Shown here in pieces: positions 1 to 8,900 of a DNA stretch of 20,000 bases; within the stretch, counting starts at the first letter, position 1; each line of letters starts with the position of its first letter. The notes under the pieces are model-generated. The model made no database searches. It saw only the letters and a program-made list of their open reading frames with translations, and was not told where the DNA came from. Position numbers and translations under genes: made by a program. The DNA comes from Rhizaria sp. SCN 62-66 (lineage: Eukaryota). The DNA lies in contig MEDY01000125.1 in NCBI GenBank assembly GCA_001724265.1, positions 50,079-70,078 of the forward strand, in the 5' to 3' direction.

Positions 1-343
1 CCGACTCCGTGGCGCCCTTGACCGCCTGTTGCGCGCGGTCCGCGGCGGCCTTGGTGTCGATCATGCTGCCCTCATCGAAGTGCTGCATGACGCGCGCGTC
101 GTTGGAGCGGTCCGTCACGCGGTTGCCCTCGGCGGACTTGATGCGGGTGTTGCCCTCGCAGTTGAGCGCGCTCGCAGCCTCGGACTTGTGGTCGTCCGAC
201 GCCGGCGCGCCAGGGGTGTGGTTCGAGACGTGGTTGAACAGCTCAACGCTCATGCGGTGCGATGAGTCCGTGCCGTCGCTAGCGGAGCCATGCTTGGACA
301 TGTTGCCGTCGCGCTCGATGGCCTTGGGGGCATTTTCGGACAT
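1..343 (-). CDS. Hypothetical protein, 5' part only (runs off window start); possible HNH/HNN-like motif
   Basis: ATG at 343 on the minus strand, open to position 1: MSENAPKAIERDGNMSKHGSASDGTDSSHRMSVELFNHVSNHTPGAPASDDHKSEAASALNCEGNTRIKSAEGNRVTDRSNDARVMQHFDEGSMIDTKAAADRAQQAVKGATES. Third codon positions are mostly G/C, as in the other genes, and GC content drops sharply just upstream of the ATG. A T-rich tract and ctctatAG lie 5 nt before the ATG. Confidence 0.8.
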   Translation of the reverse strand, partial: MSENAPKAIERDGNMSKHGSASDGTDSSHRMSVELFNHVSNHTPGAPASDDHKSEAASALNCEGNTRIKSAEGNRVTDRSNDARVMQHFDEGSMIDTKAAADRAQQAVKGATES

Positions 344-854
344 GAAAGCTATAGAGGGCTCAATGCGGCGAAAATATACAAACATCACGCAAAACCAAAG
401 AAAACTCTTGATGAATATTTGTACATGCGAATATCGTTTTCCGTGCTCTTAGCATTGTGCTACAGTGTAATTTAGCCTTGCTGTGGAAAGTGAACGCGTT
501 TTGAACGCAAGGGAGTCCTTCCGAACGACTTGAAGTGTTGCGGTGATAAAGTGACTAAAACATCAAATCACGGAATAATACAGATTAAGATAGTCATATT
601 TTGCTGTAATATTATGAAATACAACTTAAAGGTCTCATTTGATCTCTTACTTTAACGAAATGAAGGAGCTCGAAGAGTTCGTTAGTTTACCACTAGTTTA
701 CCACCACAATCGAGTTTTGCGCTTGAGGGCAAACTGTCTGTGGCAAACACGGCAGGAAGTCCGCCTTCTTGTGCAGTCAAGTCATGCTAGACTCAACAAG
801 ACTAGCGACACTGGGGACTGTTGAAGGGTTGAACAGCAGTTGCTGCAGGTGCAC

Positions 855-1446
855 TTACTGCGCCATGGCTGCGACAGCGATGCGGACGAGGTCGATCCTG
901 CGCGCGAGCTCGGCGCCGCGCGCACGCTCTTGCTGCAGACGCATGTAGTGCCAGCACACGTCGTCATGCAGCGCCTGATGCGCGCTGTCGAGTGCGTCGG
1001 AAGCTTTCTGCGCCAGCTGCGTCAGCAGCTCCTGTGTGGTTGGTCCAGGAAGAGTCGCAAAGCGTGTAAATAGTGAGTTGAAGCTTCGGGCAATACGTGT
1101 GTAAATCGGCGCAATGTACATATAAATGACGTGCCTTGGCGTGGAGGTTCATGATGTCGTTGAGTTGGCCGCGGGCCGAGTCAAAGATGGCCTCGGAGGC
1201 CTGAATCGGGCTGTGGAGCAAAGCAAGTGGAGGGGAGGTGAAGTTGCAGGCGTAAGCAGAAGAAAGGGTTTAAGGTCATGAAAGCTTCTGAGAACAAGAG
1301 TCTGAGCAAACGTACGAATCAAAGTTTGAAGAGGCAGGAGCGTCGAAATGGAGGCCAGTGGGAGGCTGGGCGACGCTGGCCCCCATCGCCGGGTTGTGCT
1401 CAGGAGAAAGCATGCGCTGGTTCGCCGTAGAAGCAGGTCCTTGCAT
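855..1446 (-). CDS. Small spliced hypothetical protein (~127 aa; exons 1446-1316, 1210-1135, 1031-855) with a helical/coiled-coil-like C-terminal half
   Basis: The model joins parts of track ORFs 964..1221 and 855..1121 with an upstream exon through phase-compatible introns: MQGPASTANQRMLSPEHNPAMGASVAQPPTGLHFDAPASSNFDS/PIQASEAIFDSARGQLNDIMNLHAK/ELLTQLAQKASDALDSAHQALHDDVCWHYMRLQQERARGAELARRIDLVRIAVAAMAQ*. Exon lengths are 131+76+177 = 384 nt. No family recognised. Confidence 0.7.
1032..1134 (-). other. Spliceosomal intron, probable GC-AG type (103 nt)
   Basis: Donor AAG|GCACGT matches the local GTACGT consensus except at +2; acceptor caaccacacAG|GAG; phase 0 restores the frame. An alternative in-phase GT donor TAT|GTACAT at 1119 is a weaker match. 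Confidence 0.6.
1211..1315 (-). other. Spliceosomal GT-AG intron (105 nt)
   Basis: Donor TC|GTACGT at 1315, branch-like CTTAC, pyrimidine tract and ctccacAG at 1211; the phase 2 join gives ...F-D-S-P-I-Q. Confidence 0.75.
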
Positions 1447-1531
1447 CTACGAAATTAAGATAGAACAAAAAATCGCAAAAGAAATAAGAGTTGCCTCTAA
1501 AATATCTCCAACATCAAAAGGGGTTGCATAC
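1447..1531 (-). other. Putative 5'UTR intron (85 nt) ending immediately before the ATG
   Basis: Donor CTG|GTATGC at 1531; long T-rich tract cttatttcttttgcgattttttgttctatcttaatttcgtAG|ATG. Confidence 0.6.
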
Positions 1532-1826
1532 CAGACGTGAATTGGGACTCCCAGCTGTGTGTCATTTAATTTTCATGTTGCACGCACCGTGACGGAGGTG
1601 GAATATAAAAGTAATGCTAGATGTATTTGTACAACTTGAGCTGCGCGACGCATGAAACAAACGCGTCGACGCATCTTAACTATCATAACAGTTCCTATTC
1701 GTTGAGTTTTTCAGCAACTACAAACAAAACTCGAACCAAACAGGAGGAAAAGAAGGATCTGTGAACTAGACGCCGCACCGGCCAATCCGTCCGTCCATCA
1801 GGGCATGCAGCTGCCATCATTCACGA

Positions 1827-1844
1827 GCGCGCGCGCGCGCGCGC
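1827..1844. repeat. (GC)9 dinucleotide run (perfect palindrome) in the MCTS1 3' region
   Basis: gcgcgcgcgcgcgcgcgc read directly, about 55 nt downstream of the MCTS1 stop. Confidence 0.9.
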
Positions 1845-1900
1845 ATGGAAACGTCGGAGTGTGCATAAAGACGCGATAAGCTCCCAAGCAGTCGGCGCGC

Positions 1901-2636
1901 TTACTTTTCGACGGCGTAGGACTTCCAGAGGCCGTCGCCCATGCAGTGCATATTGGTGACGCCGCAGCCGCGCTTGCCGGCCTTCATATCGGCCGTGGAC
2001 ATCGCGGTGAGCCCCACGGCGATGGGGTGCTCCTTGCCCTCGGCGAAGATCGCCACGGGCTTGCCGGCGTCCAGGTCCTGAAAGATCTTGCCCTTAGGGA
2101 AGATGCCCGCGGCCATGATGGGCGCGGCGTTGAGCACGTATGGAATCGCGCCGACGTCGACCTGGACCTTGGGGCACATCTCAGGGTACTTCTGCAGCAT
2201 GTGCACCGTGGGCAGGAACGGTCCATCGTCGTGCTGGAAGAAGATGATCTCGCCCTCGTACACGATGAACTTGACGTGCATCTTGGTCGTGTAGACGTAG
2301 AACGGCGACTTCTTGGGGTACATGGCCTCGAAGTTGGCCGCGAACGCCGGGTACAGCTCAGCCATCTCCTCGCGCAGCTTGCGCGTGTAGCCTGTCTTCA
2401 TCGTTTCACGCTTCGCAACGGCCTCATTCGCGTCGAACGACCTGGACAGGAAGAAGCGTAGGGACGCGGTGTGGCAGGGAAAATGGAAGAGTAAGCAAGG
2501 CAGCGAACGGATTCAGAATGAGCGTGCAGAAAAGAAGTGGCAAGAGACGTATATGTAACATGGAAGTGTGCGTAATAAAAATAGTGCAAATCAAGTAATG
2601 AACCTAGCCGTTAACGTACGTCTTAAAAAGAGACAT
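1901..2636 (-). CDS. MCTS1: MCTS1/TMA20 translation re-initiation and ribosome-recycling factor (pre-PUA + PUA domain), 185 aa; exons 2636-2620 and 2441-1901
   Basis: Family motifs IFFQHDDGPFLPTVHMLQKYP, QVDVGAIPYVL, VAIFAEGKEHPIAVG and HCMGDGLWK. The N-terminus missing from the track ORF is restored by a 17-nt exon (ATG TCT CTT TTT AAG AC|GTACGT...tgtccAG|G TCG TTC GAC), giving MSLFKTSFDANEAV, similar to the usual MFKKF start. Confidence 0.93.
2442..2619 (-). other. Spliceosomal GT-AG intron of MCTS1 (178 nt)
   Basis: GTACGT donor at 2619, CTTAC branch-like motif, pyrimidine tract and cttcttcctgtccAG acceptor at 2442; the phase 2 join is in frame. Confidence 0.88.
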
Positions 2637-2959
2637 GGTTTCTTGGTCGACTTCTCTCGCTCAGAAATCAGCCGTCCTTTTGGCACCTGTCCTCTCGGCC
2701 AGCTCGGTCGATCGCAGTGGACCGAGACCCACGGTCCCAAGTCAAAGCCTGGAAAGTCCGCCTCGGGAAGCATCGAAATGGACTATATTCACCTGTCAAT
2801 GCAAAATAACTGTCTTGGTATAGCAACCTTGTTGGAATTCATATAATGTTTTAATACTTAGAGTCACTCCTCGTCTGCCCTTGTGTTGCACATCACCCAT
2901 TCTTCCAGCCGCTCACCATCCTCTTTTCTCCCCACGCCTTGCGCCACGCAGAGACCAGC
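2637..2959. promoter_or_regulatory. Compact divergent (bidirectional) promoter and 5'UTR region between MCTS1 and the PPR gene
   Basis: Only 323 nt separate the head-to-head ATGs. The region contains an inverted repeat CTCGGTC-N10-GACCGAG (2703-2726) and a pyrimidine tract with CAG (2949-2951) before the PPR ATG. Transcription start sites cannot be located from sequence alone. Confidence 0.55.
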
Positions 2960-5900
2960 ATGTTTGGTCCCCGGGCAATGCGCACACTTATGCGCACTGC
3001 CTCCGCATGCAGCCGCGCGGCTGCGCCCGCCGCCGAGGCCGTGTCCTCATGCGCGCCCGCGGCGGGCGGCGGCAGCGGCGTCTTCCCCACGCGCCCCCTC
3101 GCCGCCTCCAGCACTGGCGCGTCCTCCGCCACGCTCTCTGCGGCCACGGTGACGGTCCCGTCGCGCGCCATCTCGACGGCGGAGCGCGACTACCTGTACG
3201 GCCCCGGCGGCGCGGACCCGACGCGGCGGCCCAAGGTGGACGCGCGCATCACTGCGATGCAGGTCATGGGCAGCGAGTCGACCATCCGCGCCGACTCGGC
3301 CCCGCTCAACTCGGCGGCCGAGCGCCGCGTCTCGCAGCGCCTCGACTGGGTGCGCGACCAGCTGCAGAACACGGTCTACTTTGCGTCCTTCACGTCGGAG
3401 CAGGTTGAGGACCTGGATGAGGCCTTCCAGGCCGTGCGCTTCGCGGCTCCGGCGAAGTTGTGGCACGACGTGATGAACATGTGGTACCACTGGGGCGCAC
3501 ACAACCCCGACGGCGACCCCGCGCTCGCGGCGCAGCGCGTCGACGGCTACTTCCGCGACCTCGTCAACACGACCTCGCAGGGCGTGTGGAAGCTCTCGTG
3601 CGACGGCCGCGCCTCGTCGCCGTACCCCGCCAACATGCTCCGCTTCTCGCTACGCCCCACGCTCAGCACCTTCAACATCGCCATGCGCGCGCACGCCGCG
3701 GCCAAGAACCCCGCGCGCGTGCGCGCCGTGTACGACCTGCTGCTGCAGCTGCGCGGCTCGATTCCGGACCCGGCGGCCGAGCCGGCGCCGACGCAGCCGC
3801 CCGGGCCGGAGCTAGAGAAGGAGCTACTACGCCGGCGCCTCAACGCGCAGCACCGGTCCGACTTGGCGCCCGCCGCGTCCACACACGCGTCGGCCGTGCG
3901 CGCCGCGCTGCAGTCGAACGACCACGAGTTCATGGACCGGACCGTGGCTCGGCTGGCGACGGTGGACCGCGCGCTGCAGCTGACCGAGGCGGCCCACCTC
4001 GACTACATGGAGTCGCTCGCGCGCCGCGGCATGCACTGGGCTGTCGTCGAGTACATGCGCGTCACCTTCCTCCACCAGCCGCTCCGCCGCGCCCCCGCAC
4101 ACGCACACTTACGCACACAGTCGCATGACACGGCGGCGTCAGGCACGCCCGGCTACGGCCTCACCACGGCGCTCGTCCCGGCCGACGTGGGCATCGTGGG
4201 CGTGGCGCCGGGCGCCAACACGGCGCTGCCCTCCTGGCTCGTCGCCCCCGCGGACGGCAGCGCGGCGCCCGCGGTGTCGCGCAGCCCGTTCCCGCCCTCG
4301 CGCGCGCAGTGGCTGCTGGTCATGGAGTCGCTGCAGGCGCTTCACAGCCCCTCGGCGGCCGAGCGCGCCGCCCTCGCGCTGCCGACGGGCTTCCCGCACG
4401 CCGCGCGCGCCAAGGCCGAGCGCCACCACGCGCGCGCGCTGGCGCAGTCGGGCGCGGCCCCGGGCGCCGTGCTGGAGCTGGACGCGGGCGTGCGCCAGTG
4501 GCTCTACGGCAAGCTCGCCGCGCACGGGCTGCCGGTCGAAGCGGCCTTCTACAAGGCGATGCTGCAGCACGCGCCGACGCCCGCGCACGTGGTGTCGTAC
4601 GTCAACGACCTGCACGCACAGGCCGACGCGCTCCACGCGCGCGCCACCGCCGAGCCCGCCACCGCGGCCGAGACCGCGGCCGAGGCCGCCGCGCAAGAGG
4701 CGCGCCGCAAGCTCGTCGTTGACCTCAATACGCCGTCGCGCGACGCCGCGTTCCGGCGCGTCTTCGGCCGATACGCCGACGTCGCCCGCGCGCGCGGCGT
4801 GGCGCCGCCGACGTACGAGGTCGTCCACGAGCGTCTCGTCGACCTGCTCGTGTTCGAGCTCTCGCGCGCCAGCGCCGAGGGCGGCGTCACGTCGCAGGCC
4901 CCGCAGCCCGCGGCGCTGCGCGGAGCGCTGCGCGAGTCGATCCAGGCCTACGCGCAGTACCTTGCCGATAACGTCCGCAAGCCCGGCGACCCTGCGAGCA
5001 ATACTACTACTGCTGCTGCTGCTGATGCTGCTGATGCTGCTGGTAGCGCCGTGGTGTCGGTGGCGGACGCGCGCGCCGGCGCCCCCGCGACGGTGTCTGG
5101 CGTGTCCGTGCGCGCGCCCGCCGTGCCACACAAGGCAATCGAGCGCATCCTGTCGCGCTCGGGCGCCACGGCGGCGCTGCTCTCTCTCGCGGGCTCCCCG
5201 GCCGCGGCACAGCTGCTCGAGCACGTCATGGAGGTGCGCAAGTGCATCACAGCCTACGGCGTTGCGACCACGTCCGACACCAACACGGCCTACATCCGCG
5301 CGCTCGTGCTGGCGTCGCGGCGCGGCGAGGCGCTGCCGCCACTGGCCGTCAACACGGCGACGTCGGTCGTGCCCGTCGTGGTCGCCCCCGTGCGCGTACG
5401 CGTGCGCGCAGCCGTCGAGGGCGAAGAGCGCGAGCGCGTGCTGGCCTCAGTGCGCGACCGTGTGCAGTTCGCCCACTCGAACATCGTGCGCCGCCACGCG
5501 CAGCTGCAGCTCGTCGCCGATGAGGCCGAAATGCTCGAGGCCGCCGGCGCGACCTTGGACCTCCAGCTCGACTGCGAGCTCATCGAGGCGCTCGCCGAGC
5601 TGGGCACCGACGCCGCGCTGCTGCGCGGCCCCTTCGACGCGCCCGCGCGGGCCCCCGGCGCGAGCGCCGCCGAGGCGAACCCAGACGCCGTGGAGGACGT
5701 CGAGGCGGCGGCGCTGCTGGCGACGGCCGACACGCTGCGCGCGTGGACCACGGACATGCTGCGCGCGACCATGACGCGCCTCGTCTCGCGCGCGCTCGTG
5801 GCGCCCGCCGCAGACCTGCAGCACGTGTCGCTGCTGGGCAAAGACGGCGCCGCGACAGTGGCGACCTACCTGCCCCTGCTGCGCGTGCTGGCGGCGCACG

Positions 5901-8900
5901 GCGCGTACGAGGAGCTTCTGCAGGCCGTGGCGGCCGTGCACGAGCGCCGCGGACTTGTCCCCACACAGGAGGTCTTCAACCTCATGACCATTGCGTGCAT
6001 CAACGGCAACGCGCCGGGCCGCGCGCTGCGCGTGCTGGACCTGATGGCGCTCATGACGCGCCCGGGGCAGCTCGCCGCGCGCGGGATCGACTCGGCGGAG
6101 CTCTCGCGCGCCATCACGGCGGGCAACACGGCCGACCTGGTCGCCGACAAGCTCACCGCCGTCTCCGAGGTCTTCCCCGACGAAGTTGCGCTGTCGCTGC
6201 TGTTGCGCGCGCTGCACCAGAAGGGGCTGCTGCAGCACGCCGAGGAGCTGTGGCGCCGTCTCGCGCACCGCCCGCCGTCGTCGTGGACGTCGTACTCGGC
6301 CGTGGAGGAGCAGCAGGCGCTGGCCGAGGCGCTGGCCGAGCATGAGGAGCGAGAGCTGCGCGACGTGGCTTTCGATGACGGCGCCGAGGCGCTGCTGCTC
6401 GCGGCCTCGGCCTCAGCCAGCGAGGGCGAGTACGACGACGCATACAACCCCGCCAAGAACCCCGTGATCCGGAAGCTGCAGACCATCACGCCCGCCGCGC
6501 TGCAGCGCCCGCTGGCGTCGCTGCTGCCCGAGGGCGCGCGCCGCGCGCTGCCGGCGGGCACGCAGCTGCTGCTGGACGCGCCGGCCGACGCGGCGATGGC
6601 GCAGACGTTCATCCAGCTGGGCCACCCCATGCACGCGCTGCAGCTGTACCTGGACGCGCGCGCGGGCATGCCGCAGCGCCCGCTGCCCGACCCCACCGCG
6701 GGCGCGCTCGCGGGCCGCAACGGCTCGGCGCGCGCGGGCGCAGCGGCCAAGCTCAAGGAGCTCGACCCCGAAAGCACGCTGCGCACGCTCGTGCCGAACA
6801 CGAACTTGCACACGACCTTCACGCACACGAGCTTCGGTGACAAGGTCCGCGGCGCCGCCGTTGGCGAGAGCGCGGCCCGGTCGTCCGGTGACGCGGACAT
6901 GGCCGGCGTGGCCGAAGTGCTGGCGGGCGGCAGCGGAACTGGCGAGGACCCGTTGGAGCAGCTCTACGCCAAGGACAGCAACGCGCTGATCGACGTGTCG
7001 CGCATGCTGCCATCACTGCGCCGCGTGCCGCTGCCGCGCGAGCGCGAGTCGCGCCGCCTCAGCGCGCTGCTCGAGTCCTCGGCCGCGGCGCGCCGCGTGC
7101 GGCCGCGCGGGCACGACGTCTCCGGGCTGGAGGCTGACAGCGCCGCGGAGGGCGCCGGTGACAGCCACCCGCTGCTCAACTACTACTGGCCTCAAGCGGA
7201 CCTGCTGGCGGCCGTGGTGCTCTACTACCAGCGGACCGCGCGCGGCACCGTCACGCGCGCCATGGCACAACTGCAGGCCGGCGCGGCCGCCGTGGCCTCC
7301 GCGGCGACCGATGGGTTGGGCGCGGCCGCGGCCGAGACAGCCGAGGCGGACGAGCTTCTGCTGAGCACCGAGGTGGCCAAGGCGACGCTGCAGCAGGCCG
7401 AGGCCGTGGTGGCGCTCTCGCAGCGTGCCATGACCGAGCTGCGCGACTTCGCGCTGGCGCACCCCTACGTGCTAGGCGACGCCGTGACGGATATGCTCTA
7501 CGCGACGCCACGCCCCGGCAGCATCGAGGCCGACATGCAGACGTGCGTCTTCTCGCGGCCCGCGCTCTTGGTGCCCTACGTCGACGCCACGGCCGAACTC
7601 TACCGCACGCTCGACGAGCTCGCGCTCGCCGCCGTCGCCATGGAGGAGTCGCTCTTTAAGGCGCGCGCCGCCAAGCACTCGGTCTTCGGCCTGCGCCGCT
7701 GGCTGGCCATCTTCCCGGCCGTGGCCAACCAGGCGCGCGCGCTGCTGTCGGCGCACTCGCGCAAGGAGTGGATCCAGGGCAACGTCGACCGCCTGCGGCG
7801 CCAGATCGACGCCTCGATCCGCCAGAGTCTGCGCGCGCGCCGCGACGCGCTCAAGCTGGCCGCGCACGAGCGTGCGCTGCTGTCGGTGCCCAAGAGCGAC
7901 GCAGACAGCTCCTGGGTCGCGCGCTTCTCGCAGTTCCTCGGCGTCCAGGACGCCGACGCTATCGCGGACATCTTCCTCCCCGCCGAGCCCGCGTCGACCA
8001 CTCTGGCGAGCGCCGCCGCGCAGACCGAGCATGGCGCTACCGCTTCGAGCGCTGCTGCTGCTGCTGCTCCGAGTGCCAGTGAAGCTGAGGCGAGTGCGAG
8101 TGCGGCGCCTGCGGAGCCCGAGGTGGACCCGCTGGCCGCGCTCATGGCGAGCCTCACCGCAGCCAACGCACCCACCAGCGCGCTCACGGCCGCGCACGAC
8201 GTCTGGACCGCCTCCTCCACCGGCGCCGGCGCCAACGCGGCCACTGGCAAGACCGCGAACAAGAGCGCGGGCGCGGGCGCGGGCGCGGAGGGCGGACGCG
8301 TGTGGAACCCGCTGGGCCCCGGCGAGCTGCCGATCCCGCTGGCGGACCAGGCCGTGTCGGCGTCGGTGGTGGCGCACGTGGCCCGCATCGTGTCGAAGCA
8401 GAAGCGCGCGCGCGAGGATGCCCGCGTGCGGACCTCGCTGACTGAGTACGACGAGCCGACGCAGGCGGCGCTCTTCATGGACGTGCGCGAGCCGTCGGTG
8501 CTGCTGCAGCCGCTGCGCGCGGAGGGCGTGTTCCACTCGCCCTACGGCCCCGAGGGCAAGGGCGGACTCCTCGCCGGCCAGGGCATGCCCTACGCGCGCG
8601 CCAGCGAGGCCGAGACGCGCCGCCGCGCCGCCAACGCGGTGACGGACCCGGCCGCCGTGCGGACCGCGGGCGCCTCGGCGGGCGGCATGTACGTCGAGGA
8701 GCGCGTGCCGACCGAGACTTCGCCGCTGACGGCCGACGTGGATCCGCGGCCCGTCTTCTCGGAGCAGCAGCTCAGCGCGCTGGGCAAGTACAAGTCTGGC
8801 CGCCTTGCCAAGGAGGTCGACCTGCGCCCCACGCCCAGCTTCCACATCTCGGACCTCAAGCTGGGCCAGACGGGCGCGGCGCGGGCCGTCTCGGAGCAGG

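Noticed and set aside
9-452. Plus-strand ORFs 9..452 and 29..265
   Set aside because: They are antisense to the minus-strand gene, whose ATG at 343 coincides with the GC boundary and an upstream acceptor-like site.
2778-2959. Upstream coding exon MDYIHLSMQNNCL spliced in frame to the PPR gene (GTATAG donor at 2818 to CAG at 2951)
   Set aside because: It is frame-compatible, but the donor is weak, codon usage is atypical and it would mask the presequence. The ATG at 2960 is preferred until RNA data are available.
4051-4120. Intron-like 3' end (cacttacgcacacAG) inside the PPR ORF
   Set aside because: The nearest donor (GTACAT at 4051) is weak and gives 70 nt, which would shift the frame; the ORF reads through without it.
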